NCBI GenBank assembly: GCA_963662465.1 | Contig: OY759599.1 | Span: 8,064,001 to 8,128,000, forward strand | DNA from: Desulfatiglandales bacterium | GTDB taxonomy: Bacteria > Desulfobacterota > DSM-4660 > Desulfatiglandales > Desulfatiglandaceae | Direction of reading: 5' to 3' | DNA: 64,000 nucleotides | Made by a program: the position numbers and the translations under genes | In this document: positions 40,757-52,186 of the stretch, one piece after another | How the letters are laid out: the number at the start of each line of letters is the position of its first letter | How positions within the stretch are numbered: position 1 is the first letter of the stretch | The notes under the pieces: model-generated | Databases searched by the model: none | Told to the model about the DNA's origin: nothing | The model's input: the letters and a program-made list of their open reading frames with translations, nothing else

Positions 40757-40998
40757 ACAGGGAATTGGAAGAGCTTGTTGAGCGAATTCATGGAGAAATC
40801 CCTGATTTGGATCGACTTGTGCAAAGGGTGTTATCTGCTTGGAACCGCTCCAAAAGCAAATTGAAGGAGCAAGACATTTACTTGGAATCTGTTGCTTTAA
40901 ACCTCCACGGCTTTTATTCAGGAGTTGAACGTCTATTTGCTGAACCACTGGCTTTCGCAGATTTTCTAGCAGATTTGGCTCAGGCAAGTAAGACGTGA
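40753..40998 (+). pseudogene. HEPN toxin-like gene with internal deletion
   Basis: ALNLHGFYSGVERLF then jumps to a C-terminal helix; no RxxxxH motif. Confidence 0.65.
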
Positions 40999-41304
40999 TC
41001 ATTCTTAGTTCAATATTCCACAGAAATTCTCAAAAGGACTTCATTCCCCATGCTCTCTGCCATTATACGCACCTCCGGTGGATTTTTCGTATCCTATTCA
41101 AATTCCCTGGTAGATTCAGCAGAAATGATGAAGAAAGGGAAAACTTTCATCCATTAACCTTCAAGCCCTTCATGTCCTTCATGGTAAAACACATTTTTTC
41201 AATTCGTCCATAGCCCATTTGCCCATAGCCCATTGCCTACCATACCGATGCCGCAGGCTTCATAAACTTACACCTTTAAAAAATCTCAATCCAAGAGGAA
41301 TCAA

Positions 41305-42957
41305 ATGAAAAACAATCAACCCAACATCGCCGTCATCGGCTCCGGCTACTGGGGCAAGAACCTCGTTCGAAACTACCACCAGATCGGTGCTCTCAAACTC
41401 ATCTGCGATAAAAACGAAACCGTCCTCTCCAGCTTTCAAGAGCAATACCCCGGCGTGGACACCTGCATGGCCCTAAACGACACCCTCTCCCGAGAAGACA
41501 TCCAAGGCATCGTCATCGCCACACCGGCCGAAACCCACTACATCCTGGCTCGGGAAGCCCTTCTTGCCGGTAAACACGTCTACATCGAAAAACCCCTGGT
41601 ACTCAAAGAGGAAGATGGGCAGGATCTGATCCGTCTGGCCAAAGAGAAAGATCTGGTTCTCATGGTCGGCCACCTGCTTCAGTACCATCCCGTCTTTCTC
41701 AAACTGAAGGAGATGGCCGCCTCCGGTGAACTGGGCCGCATCAACTACATCTATTCCCATCGCCTCAACCTAGGCAAAATCCGGCGCGAAGAAAATATCC
41801 TCTGGTCCTTCGCCCCCCACGATATCTCCATGATCCTCTCCCTGGCTGGGGAAGAACCGGATGAGGTCATGGCAACCGGCGGCAACTACCTGCACAAAAG
41901 GATCGCCGACGTGACCACCACCCACCTGGAGTTCCCCTCGGGCCTTCGCGCTCACATCTTTGTCTCCTGGCTGCACCCCTTCAAGGTCCAGCAACTGGTG
42001 GTGGTTGGGGACAAAAAGATGGCGGTATTTGACGACACCCAACCATGGGAAGACAAATTGCTGCTCTACCCCCATGAAATCAAATGGCAGAACAACATCC
42101 CCATCCCCTCCAAAGGGGAAGCCGAAAGGGTCGATATTCCTCAGGCCGAACCACTCAAAATGGAATGCGAACATTTTCTCCATTGCATGACAAATTGCCG
42201 GAGACCCCAGACCGACGGTGCCGAAGGCCTCCGCGTTCTCCGTATCCTGAATGCCGCACAACAATCGCTGGATGGTGACAGTGAGAAGATTGATCTCGCG
42301 CAAAGACGCAAAGACGCAAAGGGAACAGAGAAAGGGGTATTGGAAAAGAAACCGACCACCGACCACCGACCACCGACCACTGATTTTTTTGCTCACGAAA
42401 CGGCCCTTATTGACGATAATGTAACAGTCGGGGATGGAAGCAAAATCTGGCATTTCAGTCACGTACTTTCCAACTCGACCATCGGTGAAAACTGCAACAT
42501 CGGGCAGAACGTGGTGATCGGTCCGGATGTCACCATCGGTAAAGGGTGCAAAATCCAGAACAACGTCTCCGTCTACAAAGGCGTCACCCTGGAAGACGGG
42601 GTCTTTTGCGGTCCCTCCATGGTTTTTACCAACATCTACAATCCAAGAGCTGAAATCCGGAAGATGGACCAGGTACGTCCCACCTTGGTCAAACATGGCG
42701 CAACCCTGGGCGCCAACTGCACAATCGTCTGTGGAACCACCATCGGGGAATACGGCTTTGTGGGCGCCGGCGCCGTGGTCACCCGAAATGTCCCTAGGCA
42801 TGCCCTAATGTTGGGCAATCCAGCCAGAAGGGTCGGATGGATGTGCCAATGCGGAGAACGCCTCACCGACGACCTCGACTGCCTCACGTGCGGAAAGACC
42901 TATGAAAAGAATGAAGAAGGCCTAAAAGAAAAAATTAGACAGGATCAACAGGATTAA
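41305..42957 (+). CDS. Gfo/Idh/MocA oxidoreductase fused to a hexapeptide N-acetyltransferase (WbpB/WbpD-like)
   Basis: GSGYWG, EKP, HDIS; then [28 protein letters not shown]. Confidence 0.9.
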   Translation: MKNNQPNIAVIGSGYWGKNLVRNYHQIGALKLICDKNETVLSSFQEQYPGVDTCMALNDTLSREDIQGIVIATPAETHYILAREALLAGKHVYIEKPLVLKEEDGQDLIRLAKEKDLVLMVGHLLQYHPVFLKLKEMAASGELGRINYIYSHRLNLGKIRREENILWSFAPHDISMILSLAGEEPDEVMATGGNYLHKRIADVTTTHLEFPSGLRAHIFVSWLHPFKVQQLVVVGDKKMAVFDDTQPWEDKLLLYPHEIKWQNNIPIPSKGEAERVDIPQAEPLKMECEHFLHCMTNCRRPQTDGAEGLRVLRILNAAQQSLDGDSEKIDLAQRRKDAKGTEKGVLEKKPTTDHRPPTTDFFAHETALIDDNVTVGDGSKIWHFSHVLSNSTIGENCNIGQNVVIGPDVTIGKGCKIQNNVSVYKGVTLEDGVFCGPSMVFTNIYNPRAEIRKMDQVRPTLVKHGATLGANCTIVCGTTIGEYGFVGAGAVVTRNVPRHALMLGNPARRVGWMCQCGERLTDDLDCLTCGKTYEKNEEGLKEKIRQDQQD

Positions 42958-43023
42958 CAAGATTAAAAACAAAAACAATCCTGCAAAATCCTGTAAATCC
43001 TGTCTAAAAAAAGAGAGGAAAAA

Positions 43024-44115
43024 ATGCAATTCATAGACCTAAAAACCCAACAATCCCGCATCCGTCAAAAACTCGAAGCCCGAATAAATCATGTCCTCGA
43101 TCACGGTCAATACATCATGGGCCCGGAAGTGAAAGAGCTGGAAGAGAAGCTCCGTGCTTTCATCGGCACCAACCACTGCATCACCTGTTCATCCGGCACC
43201 GACGCCCTACTCATCGCCCTCATGGCTCTGAACATCGGTCCCGGTGACGAGGTGATCACCGTCCCCTACACCTGGATTTCAACCGCCGAAGTCATTGCGC
43301 TCCTGAACGCCAAACCCGTTTTCGTGGACATCCAGCCCGACACCTTCAACATGAACCCGGATCTGATTGAAGCGGCCATCACCCCCAATACCAAAGCCAT
43401 CATGCCGGTGAGTATCTATGGCCAATGTGCGGACATGACCCGGATCAATGCCATTGCGGAAAAGCACAGCATCCCGGTCATCGAAGACGGCGCCCAGAGT
43501 TTCGGCGCCACTCACTACGAGCAAAAGTCCTGCGGTCTTTCCGCTATTGGCTGCACGTCCTTTTTCCCGTCCAAACCCCTGGGCTGTTATGGCGACGGTG
43601 GCGCCATCTTCACCCATGATGATGGATTGGCGGAGAAAATGCGACAGATCCGCGTCCACGGTCAGAAGGTCAAGCATCAGCATCCCCTGGTCGGCATCAA
43701 TGGACGTTTGGACACCCTGCAGGCAGCCATTCTGCTTGAAAAATTGGAGCTATTCCCCGAGGAATGCCGGCTACGCTGGGAAGTCGGGCAGCGTTACAAT
43801 GAACTCCTTTCTGAAGTCACAGGTATTAAAGCCCCCGTCATTTCAAAGGGAAACGATTCCGTCTATGCCCAGTATACGCTTCTAACGGAAAATCGCGACA
43901 AGGTATCGAATGTGCTGAAGGCAGAGGGCATCCCATCTGTAGCCTACTATGCCGTACCGTTGCACCTGCAGGGGGCATTTACAGATCTCGGTCATAAAGC
44001 AGGGGATTTTCCCGTTGCGGAATATGTTGCGGCAAACTGCCTGAGTTTACCCATGCATCCATATCTCAGTCTGGAAGACCAGAAGCGGATCGCTTCCGCC
44101 ATTGAAGATGGATGA
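43024..44115 (+). CDS. DegT/DnrJ/EryC1/StrS aminotransferase (WbpE-like)
   Basis: SSGTDAL, IEDGAQSFGA, SFFPSKPLGCYGDGG. Confidence 0.93.
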   Translation: MQFIDLKTQQSRIRQKLEARINHVLDHGQYIMGPEVKELEEKLRAFIGTNHCITCSSGTDALLIALMALNIGPGDEVITVPYTWISTAEVIALLNAKPVFVDIQPDTFNMNPDLIEAAITPNTKAIMPVSIYGQCADMTRINAIAEKHSIPVIEDGAQSFGATHYEQKSCGLSAIGCTSFFPSKPLGCYGDGGAIFTHDDGLAEKMRQIRVHGQKVKHQHPLVGINGRLDTLQAAILLEKLELFPEECRLRWEVGQRYNELLSEVTGIKAPVISKGNDSVYAQYTLLTENRDKVSNVLKAEGIPSVAYYAVPLHLQGAFTDLGHKAGDFPVAEYVAANCLSLPMHPYLSLEDQKRIASAIEDG

Positions 44116-44292
44116 TGGTCATTAACTCAAAACCCATAACCCAACACTCAAAACTGATTTTCCACCCATGCATCCATATCTCAGCGGTGAAGACCAAAAG
44201 CGAATCGCGGTCAGTATTGGAGATGGGCGATGTAACTGTTTAACTGGGGTTGGCAACGTCTCCCATTATACAAGATTTGACAACGATCCTTA

Positions 44293-44321
44293 TTGACTAA
44301 AATAGCCGATATGTCTATAAT
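44293..44321 (+). promoter_or_regulatory. Sigma70 promoter of the TA cassette
   Basis: TTGACT-17-TATAAT. Confidence 0.75.
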
Positions 44322-44357
44322 GCCTACATTAGCTAACAATCAATTGGGGGATATAGT

Positions 44358-44600
44358 ATGGACGTTACGGCGACAGAGTTGAAAAACAGATTGGGGAGAT
44401 ACCTGGATACGGCCGAGAGGGTTCCTGTCATTGTCAAAAAGTCAGGAAGGAAAAAGTCAGTCATCATATCCCATAGAATGTATGAGAGATTCCTTGAAAT
44501 GGAGGACACATACTGGGCTCAGAAGGCTCGCGAAGCTGAAGAGGGGGGCTACTTGGGTGAGATTGAAACCAAACGCCTTTTGAGCGAAGAAGATGTATAA
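44358..44600 (+). CDS. Phd/YefM antitoxin
   Basis: VTATELKNRLGRYLD..PVIVKKSGR. Confidence 0.88.
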   Translation: MDVTATELKNRLGRYLDTAERVPVIVKKSGRKKSVIISHRMYERFLEMEDTYWAQKAREAEEGGYLGEIETKRLLSEEDV

Positions 44601-44868
44601 GCTGGATATCACCAAGGCTGCCGGAAAATTTGTCAAAAAATTGGATGCAAAACAATACCGTCAAGTATTATCAAAAATTCTGGAACTGAGAGAAGAGGCC
44701 GATCCCCATGACTCAAAGCAACTCATCGGCAGCCCTGAGTACAGACGAGTGGATATAGGTGAGTATCGTGTCATCTATAGAGTTGAAAAAGATACTGTTA
44801 AAATCGCTGTCGTTGGCAAACGAAACGATGACGATGTTTACAGAAGATTTAAAAGAAAAGACAAATGA
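44593..44868 (+). CDS. RelE/ParE toxin
   Basis: YRRVDIGEYRVIY..VGKR. Confidence 0.9.
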   Translation: MYKLDITKAAGKFVKKLDAKQYRQVLSKILELREEADPHDSKQLIGSPEYRRVDIGEYRVIYRVEKDTVKIAVVGKRNDDDVYRRFKRKDK

Positions 44869-45113
44869 GTGTAATAAGGGAAATTAGAGAAGTTCTTGAT
44901 GGGTCGATTTCTATCGATATGCCGGCAAGCCTGCTTCATCGGAAAGTGGAGGTGATTGTTATTCCTTTGGATGAAATCTCCAGTGATGATGATTTTAATG
45001 GGGAGGATACCTGGCCTTACGGATTTTTTGAGAAAACGGTCGGTTGCATGGCTGATGATCCTATTCGAAGGCCAGATCAAGGGGAGTACGAACAGCGGGA
45101 GCTTCTTGCATGA
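44865..45113 (+). CDS. Putative antitoxin of the downstream VapC
   Basis: VEVIVIP..RPDQGEYEQRE; ATGA overlap with vapC. Confidence 0.7.
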   Translation: MSVIREIREVLDGSISIDMPASLLHRKVEVIVIPLDEISSDDDFNGEDTWPYGFFEKTVGCMADDPIRRPDQGEYEQRELLA

Positions 45114-45523
45114 GATACCTTCTCGACACGAATGTGTGTATTTCGTATTTGAATAACCCTCAGTCACCCGTTCGTTTTCATCTCGAGCGCTCGGAACCAA
45201 GCTCCATATTTGTATGTTCTGTCGTGAAGGCCGAGCTTTATTTCGGCGTAATGAATAGTCAGTGGTCAGAGAAGAATCTGGAAAAGCTGGAAGTTTTTCT
45301 GAAGCCGCTTGGCTCTTTTCCCTTTGATGACTTGGCAGCTAAACATTATGGGGAAATACGAGCGAAGTTATCAAAAGCAGGCAAAGTGATAGGACCTCAC
45401 GATATTCAAATCGCCGCTATTGGGCTCTGCCGGGAGGCGATTCTTGTAACACATAATACACGAGAGTTTTCGCGTGTGGAAGGCCTGGTTGTTGAAGACT
45501 GGGAATTGGAAAAACGCAGTTGA
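45110..45523 (+). CDS. vapC: VapC/PIN-domain toxin
   Basis: YLLDTN, IGPHDIQIAA, LVTHNTREF. Confidence 0.92.
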   Translation: MRYLLDTNVCISYLNNPQSPVRFHLERSEPSSIFVCSVVKAELYFGVMNSQWSEKNLEKLEVFLKPLGSFPFDDLAAKHYGEIRAKLSKAGKVIGPHDIQIAAIGLCREAILVTHNTREFSRVEGLVVEDWELEKRS

Positions 45524-45539
45524 GTACCAACCCCCATTA

Positions 45540-45735
45540 CACTCGCCGCTTGGATGGATGAAGCCGTGAAGCACAGGAACAAACATCGTGAGGTCAAGTG
45601 GACGGAAAGCATCGCGGCCTGCCCAGTTAAATCTGGTTGTTCTATTTAACCGGGGTGGGAAGCAAGGAGTTCGTGGAAAAGATCAAAGAAAAGCTGAAGG
45701 CCTTATTTCTGAGTCGTAAGGTGGAAGGGGAAGAA
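45540..45735 (+). pseudogene. C-terminal fragment of a REP-associated (IS200-like HUH) transposase, interrupted by a REP hairpin
   Basis: REVKWTESIA|VGSKEFVEKIKEKL after removing about 45618-45654; family recalled, not searched. Confidence 0.55.
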
Positions 45736-45937
45736 TGCCGATATCTCACAGAGGAAGACCAAAAGAAAATTGCGGCTGCTATCGGGGATAGACCATAGCC
45801 GAAAGCCTTAACCCATAGCCTGTTTTTCGTGCCCATAGCCTATCGCCCCATAGCCTAATACCTTTTACACCTTGGTTTTCTTCGTTACCTTCTTTAAAAA
45901 TATGTAAAGATCTAAATATCCCTTTTGTGAGGTAGAG

Positions 45938-46162
45938 ATGAAATTTAGAGCGGTCATAAAGAAATCAGAGGGCTGGTGGATTGGCTGGCTGGTCGATTTG
46001 CCAGGTGTAAATGCTCAGGAAAAGACACAAAAGGAACTGCTTGATTCTTTAAGAATCGGCGCTGAAGATATGCTTTCGATGGAAGTCCCTTTTGAGCCCG
46101 AAGCGCAAATGACGACCGTTATGGTCAAAGATCCGGCATGGGCGGAAAACCAGACTGCCTAA
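45938..46162 (+). CDS. HicB-like antitoxin, orphan
   Basis: WWIGWLVDLPGVNAQEKT..EL. Confidence 0.8.
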   Translation: MKFRAVIKKSEGWWIGWLVDLPGVNAQEKTQKELLDSLRIGAEDMLSMEVPFEPEAQMTTVMVKDPAWAENQTA

Positions 46163-46317
46163 AATTGCAACAGCTATCGTCCCAACCTGTAGCCCATGGC
46201 CCATCGCCTAATACCTTTTCATTCTTCGTTTTCTTCGTTACCTTCTGTAAAAAGCCCTTAACAAAAATCCTGTAAAATCCTGTAAATCCTGTCTAAAAAA
46301 AAACCGGAGACCCCTTG

Positions 46318-48072
46318 ATGCAACAACACCAACCCAATGCAACCATTGACCACGCCTCCTCTCCTCTCGACGTGTCCACCTCCCCCAGCGGAGAGGAGTT
46401 CCCTTTGCCGCGGCCCGAGGACTATAACCAGGAATTCAAGAGACTCAAGCAACTGGTGAATGAACAACGCCTCAAAGGACGGGAAATTGTCGTCGTCATG
46501 GGTGTCGGGTTTGTGGGCGCTGTCATGGCGGGCGTGGTTGCCGACTCCGTGGATGGGGAAACAGGGGAATCCAGGTACTTCGTCATCGGTATGCAGCGGC
46601 CTTCTCCCCGATCTTTTTGGAAAATCCCGTACCTAAACCGGGGCATTTCCCCTGTGGAGGCTGAAGACCCGGATGTGGCGCCCTTGATTCAACGGTGTGT
46701 ACAGGACAAGCAGACCCTCACAGCCACCTTTACCTACGACGCTCTGTCACTTGCTGATGTGGTGGTAGTGGATGTTCAGTGCGATTACCACAAGGAGAGC
46801 CTGGGGAATGTTCGTCAGGGACATGCCGACATAGAGGCGCTGGAAGAGAGTCTCAAGATTATCGGAGAGAAGATTGAAGCGCACTGTCTGGTCTTGATCG
46901 AAACGACCGTTCCTCCCGGCACCACGGAGTATGTGGCTTTCCCCATCATAAAAAGGGCCTTTGAAAAACGCGGCCTTTTCCAGAAACCGACCTCCGACCT
47001 CCGTCCTCTGACCTCCGACCTCCGTCCTCCGACCTCCGACCTCCGAAAAACGGCGGAGCCGCTTTTAGCCCATTCCTTTGAGCGGGTCATGCCTGGGCGG
47101 GAATACGTGGCCTCCATCCGCGACTTCTGGCGGGTTTGCTCCGGTATCAACCAAGAATCCAGGGAGCGGGTGGAACTGTTTTTGTCCAACATCCTGAATG
47201 TAGATAAGTTCCCCCTGACCGTGCTGGACCGGCCCATTGAAAGCGAGACCTGCAAGATCGTAGAGAACTCCTACAGGGCCACCATTCTGGCATTCATGGA
47301 CGAATGGAGCCGGTTTTCCGAGAAAAACGGGGTTGACCTCATCAAGGTCGTGAAGGCCATCAAGGTGCGACCCACGCACGCCAACATGATTTTCCCCGGT
47401 CCCGGCATTGGGGGATACTGCCTTCCGAAAGACGGAGGTCTTGGCGTCTGGGCCTATCATACGCTTATGGGGTTTGAAGATGACATCTTCAAGATCACCC
47501 CCATGGCCATCGACATCAACGATACCCGTGCCCTGCATGTGGCCCAGTTGGTGCGTGATGCGCTGCGGAATATGGGACGGATAGTGGCCGCCTCCAAAAT
47601 TGCGGTATTGGGCGCCTCCTACCGGGAAGATGTGGGCGACACGCGTTACAGCGGTTCAGAGATGGTCGTCCGGAAACTCACGGAGATGGGCGCGGATGTG
47701 GTGGTTCATGATCCGTATGTCAGCCACTGGTGGGAGCTGGAAAAGCAGGATACCTATCCCTCTCCCGGCCATTCGTGGTCGCGGTTTTTCAGGAACCAGG
47801 AAAAGTTGAAGGAAACCGTTGTCCAAGATGACCTGAATAAGACCCTGTCCGGAGCCGATGCCGTTATTTTGGCGGTGAGACATCAGGCTTATCTCAATCT
47901 GGACCCGGATGGGGTGGTGGAAATGATCGGTGGTCCGGCGGCTGTGGTGGACTGCTTCGGGGTGTTGGACGATGTGGCCATCAAGCGGTATTTCGAGTTG
48001 GGCTGCGAGGTCAAGGGACTTGGGCGGGGGCATATTAAGCGGATTAAGGATGCGGTCAGAGCTTCTGCGTAG
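46318..48072 (+). CDS. Nucleotide-sugar 6-dehydrogenase (UDP-glucose/GDP-mannose family)
   Basis: GVGFVG, ETTVPPGTT, ERVMPG, KIVEN, GGYCLPKD. Confidence 0.9.
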   Translation: MQQHQPNATIDHASSPLDVSTSPSGEEFPLPRPEDYNQEFKRLKQLVNEQRLKGREIVVVMGVGFVGAVMAGVVADSVDGETGESRYFVIGMQRPSPRSFWKIPYLNRGISPVEAEDPDVAPLIQRCVQDKQTLTATFTYDALSLADVVVVDVQCDYHKESLGNVRQGHADIEALEESLKIIGEKIEAHCLVLIETTVPPGTTEYVAFPIIKRAFEKRGLFQKPTSDLRPLTSDLRPPTSDLRKTAEPLLAHSFERVMPGREYVASIRDFWRVCSGINQESRERVELFLSNILNVDKFPLTVLDRPIESETCKIVENSYRATILAFMDEWSRFSEKNGVDLIKVVKAIKVRPTHANMIFPGPGIGGYCLPKDGGLGVWAYHTLMGFEDDIFKITPMAIDINDTRALHVAQLVRDALRNMGRIVAASKIAVLGASYREDVGDTRYSGSEMVVRKLTEMGADVVVHDPYVSHWWELEKQDTYPSPGHSWSRFFRNQEKLKETVVQDDLNKTLSGADAVILAVRHQAYLNLDPDGVVEMIGGPAAVVDCFGVLDDVAIKRYFELGCEVKGLGRGHIKRIKDAVRASA

Positions 48073-48513
48073 GGAACTATAAATGTAAGAGTTGGCAACT
48101 CAAAACTCAAAACCCAAAACTCAAAACTCAAAACCCAAAACCATCTTTGCTCTCTTCGTTACCTTCTGTAAAAAGCCCTTAAAAAAAATCCTGTAAAATC
48201 CTGTTAATCCTGTCAAAAAAAGAGTTATGGAATTATGAACAATGTCCCCCATTCCCCTCTATCTCACAGAGGATGACCAAAAGAAAATTGCGGCTGCTAT
48301 CGGGGATAGACCATAGCCTAATACCTATCGCCCATAGGGGGAGGAATATGAGGGAAACCAGTGGCATTATGAACTGGGAGAGAAAGGGGCTGCTTACAGT
48401 GCCAATTTTGCCCCCAAAAATGTACTTCTAAGCCCAGAAAACGCATATATTTTGGACTTAAATATTGAATAATCAATAGGATAGTTTGGTCAGACCCCAG
48501 ACTGCAGCATGAC

Positions 48514-49368
48514 ATGAGCGCAGAAAATAAAATTCAGTTATTTCAAAACCAAAGCGTAAGAACACATTGGGATGAAGAACAAGAAAAATGGTTTTTTTCT
48601 ATTGTGGATGTTATTGCAATTTTAACGGAGCAAAAAGATTATCAAGGAGCAAGAAATTACTGGAAAGTATTAAAACATAGACTTGTAAAAGAAGGAAACG
48701 AAACGGTTACAAATTGTAACCGTTTGAAAATGATTGCCAAAGATGGCAAAATGCGAATGACTGATGTAGCTGATACTCAACAGCTATTACGTCTTATCCA
48801 ATCTGTTCCATCGCCGAAAGCAGAGCCTTTTAAAATCTGGTTGGCAAAAGTAGGTGCACAGCGGATAGACGAAATAGAGGATCCCGAACTATCTTTTGAA
48901 CGTGCTATGGAAACCTACCTTGCAAAAGGATACTCCAGGGAGTGGATAAACCAACGCCTGAAAAGTATTGAAGTTAGAAAAGAACTAACAGACGAATGGC
49001 AAGAAAGAGGAATGAAACAAGGCTTGGAATACGCCATTTTAACCAATGAACTCACTCAAGCCTGGGCCGGAAAAAATGTAAAAGAATACAAGAAATACAA
49101 AGGGTTGAAAAAGGAAAACTTGCGAGATAATATGAGCAACCTTGAACTGGTTTTGAATATGCTTGCAGAAGCTTCTACAGCAGAAATATCGAAAGAAAAG
49201 ATACCAAAAGGATTAGAAGAAAATAAGGATATTGCTCGTAAAGGTGGTAATGCTGCTAAAAAAGCAAGATTGGAGATTGAAAAACAAACAGGGAAACCAG
49301 TCGTAACAACTAAAAATGCAAACAACCTTTTAGACAAACCTAATCATGAAAATATTGAAAATGAGTAA
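48514..49368 (+). CDS. Bro-N domain protein
   Basis: WFFSIVDVI, RNYWKVLK, IQSVPSPKAEPFK, LRDNMS. Confidence 0.88.
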   Translation: MSAENKIQLFQNQSVRTHWDEEQEKWFFSIVDVIAILTEQKDYQGARNYWKVLKHRLVKEGNETVTNCNRLKMIAKDGKMRMTDVADTQQLLRLIQSVPSPKAEPFKIWLAKVGAQRIDEIEDPELSFERAMETYLAKGYSREWINQRLKSIEVRKELTDEWQERGMKQGLEYAILTNELTQAWAGKNVKEYKKYKGLKKENLRDNMSNLELVLNMLAEASTAEISKEKIPKGLEENKDIARKGGNAAKKARLEIEKQTGKPVVTTKNANNLLDKPNHENIENE

Positions 49369-49461
49369 ATCATTAGGCTTTTACAGCTTAGTTTTCTTCC
49401 TTAACTTCTGTAAAAAGCCCGAAGCAAACATCCTGATAATCCTGTAAATCCTGTCAAAAAA

Positions 49462-50240
49462 AATGGAGCCGGTTTTCCGAGAAAAACGGGGTTGACCTCA
49501 TCAAGGTTGTGAAGGCCATCAAGGTGCGACCCACGCACGCCAACATGATTTTCCCCGGCCCGGGCATTGGGGGATACTGCCTTCCGAAAGACGGAGGTCT
49601 TGGCGTCTGGGCCTATCACACCCTGATGGGGTTTGAAGATGACATCTTCAAAATCACCCCCATGGCCATCGACATCAACGATACCCGTGCCCTGCATGTG
49701 GCCCAGTTGGTGCGTGATGCGCTGCGGAATATGGGACGGATAGTGGCCGCCTCCAAAATTGCGGTATTGGGCGCTTCCTACCGGGAAGATGTGGGCGACA
49801 CGCGTTACAGCGGTTCAGAGATGGTCGTCCGGAAACTCACGGAGATGGGCGCGGATGTGGTGGTTCATGATCCGTATGTCAGCCACTGGTGGGAGTTGGA
49901 AAAGCAGGATACCTATCCCTCTCCCGGCCATTCGTGGTCCCGGTTTTTCAGGAACCAGGACAAACTGAAGGAAATCGCCGTTCAGGATGACCTGAATAAG
50001 ACCCTGTCTGGAGCCGATGCCATTATTTTGGCGGTGCGACACCGGGCCTATCTTGATCTGGACCCGGATGGGGTAGTGGAAATGATCGGGGGTCCGGCGG
50101 CCGTGGTGGATTGTTTCGGGGTGTTGGACGATGCGGGGATCAAGCGGTATTTCGAGTTGGGTTGTGAAGTGAAAGGCCTGGGTCGAGGCCACGTGAAACG
50201 GATTAAAGACAAGGTGCGCAGTGCTTTTCAGAGCCGATAA
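49462..50240 (+). pseudogene. 3' half copy of the nucleotide-sugar dehydrogenase
   Basis: Near-identical to 47303-48060; starts abruptly after the 9-mer repeat. Confidence 0.9.
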
Positions 50241-50369
50241 AAAATAAACCCGCTCACCCCTTTACACTATCACGGTAATCGGAAAATCGAAAGAAACGCA
50301 TGAATGCATGGGCGTCCCTCTGCCCAAAAACTCAAAACTCAAAACCCAAAACCCAAACCCAACCCCCAA

Positions 50370-50946
50370 CGACTACTTCGCTCACGAAACCGCGGTAATT
50401 GACGATGACGTTACTATCGGAAAAGGGACGAAAATCTGGCATTTCTCCCATATCCTGTCCAATTCTAATCTGGGTGAAAACTGCAACATCGGCCAGAATG
50501 TGGTGATCGGCCCGGATGTCACCATCGGCAAAGGGTGCAAGATCCAGAACAATGTCTCCGTCTACAAAGGCGTCACCCTGGAAGACGGTGTCTTCTGCGG
50601 CCCTTCCATGGTCTTTACCAACATCTACAACCCCCGGGCGGAAATTCGCAAAATGGACCAGGTCCGCCCCACCCTTGTGAAACACGGCGCCACCCTGGGC
50701 GCCAACTGTACCATCGTATGCGGAACCACCATCGGGGAATACGGCTTTGTGGGTGCCGGCGCCGTCATCACCCACAATGTCCCCAACCACGCCCTCATGC
50801 TGGGCAACCCCGCCCGCCGTGTCGGTTGGATGTGTCAATGCGGAGAACGTCTGACCGACGACCTCGACTGCCTCACGTGCGAAAAAACCTATGAAAAAAA
50901 TGAAGAAGGCCTAAGAGAAATAATTAGACAGGATCAACAGGATTAA
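50370..50946 (+). pseudogene. Second, diverged copy of the WbpD-like acetyltransferase domain (could be expressed from ATG 50308)
   Basis: Matches 42380-42957; N-terminus replaced by heptamer repeats. Confidence 0.8.
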
Positions 50947-51012
50947 CAAGATAAAATATTAAAAAAATCCTGTAAAATCCTGTTAATCCTGTCAAATAAA
51001 AACAGAGGAAAA

Positions 51013-51096
51013 ATGCAATTCATCGATCTCAAAACCCAACAAACCAGAATCCGCCAGGCCTTTGACTACGGCCGGTACATAATGGACCCGGAATAG
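51013..51096 (+). pseudogene. 5' stub of the DegT gene
   Basis: MQFIDLKTQQTRIRQ..YIMDPE*; another stub at 55784 (MHFIDLSAQQQ). Confidence 0.8.
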
Positions 51097-51105
51097 GCAT
51101 TAAGA

Positions 51106-51142
51106 ATGAAAACAGGGTTCAAAGATTTAAAAGTTTGGCAAA
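51106..51142 (+). pseudogene. 5' stub of a four-helix-bundle (23S IVP-like) gene
   Basis: MKTGFKDLKVWQ, cut at the GGTCCGACCCC motif. Confidence 0.55.
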
Positions 51143-51226
51143 ACGTGAGGTCCGACCCCAAGCTCCTAAATGATATAGAAGTATAGAATTGCAAACCGAC
51201 GTTCCCCATTGTACATTGGAGAGGAT

Positions 51227-51403
51227 ATGTCCAAAGAGATTGGAAAACACTTTTCGAATATGTCATTAGTTTTTCTCGGCGGTGTTTTTGTTCAATCTGC
51301 TTTGAAGGAAGACTGGAGGATAGCACTTGTAGGACTTGGATTTAGCGTATTTTTCACATGTTTAGGCGCTGCAATCTTAGCAAAACAAAAGGAGAAAGAA
51401 TAA
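51227..51403 (+). CDS. Small two-TM protein, followed by a 29-aa single-TM ORF at 51403-51492
   Basis: GAGGA RBS, hydrophobic, TAATG coupling. Confidence 0.55.
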   Translation: MSKEIGKHFSNMSLVFLGGVFVQSALKEDWRIALVGLGFSVFFTCLGAAILAKQKEKE

Positions 51404-51767
51404 TGCTTGAGGTATTTATAGCGGCCGGGATAGCTTTCGGGATTCTGGGTATATTTCTTTACAAACTTCTTACCAAAGAAAAGAAAACCTAGCGGCATAT
51501 CCAAGATGCCGCAGCTCGGAGTTCTGTAGATTCGGAACGTCCCTTTTTTACCCATTCGAAAGCTTTTTCTTAAAGGCCCCATTTTGACCCCAAAAAAAGG
51601 TCTTCCAAGGTCTTAAAACAGTCTGTTTTTGAGCTGTATTGCAACCCTATCAGTTTGTTACTGAGGCCCTCAAGACCCCTGAAAAAATTAGCCAGGGTTT
51701 ACAAGGTTAACGAGATAAAATAATAAAAAAATCCTGCAAAATCCTGTTAATCCTGTCAAAAAAAAAA

Positions 51768-52063
51768 GGTCCCGGTTTTTCAGGAACCAGGACAAACTGA
51801 AGGAAATCTCAGTTCAGGATGACCTGAATAAGACCTTGTCCGGAGCCGATGCCGTTATTTTGGCGGTGCGACACCGGGCCTATCTTGATCTGGACCCGGA
51901 TGGGGTGGTGGAAATGATCGGTGGTCCGGCGGCTGTGGTGGACTGCTTCGGTTTCTTGGACGATGCAGCCATCAAGCGGTATTTTGAGTTGGGTTGTGAG
52001 GTTAAAGGTCTTGGCCGGGGGCATATTAAGCGGATTAAGGATGCGGTCAGAGCTTCTGCGTAG
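51768..52063 (+). pseudogene. 3' end copy of the dehydrogenase
   Basis: Matches 47777-48072. Confidence 0.9.
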
Positions 52064-52186
52064 GGAACTATAAGCTGTATTTTTTTCCTTAACTCAAAAC
52101 CCAAAACCCAAAACCTGGGCGTCCCACTGCCCATAATGAGAATTGCTGCTTGACATCCGCCGCTCCTTGGAATATATGTTCGCACC

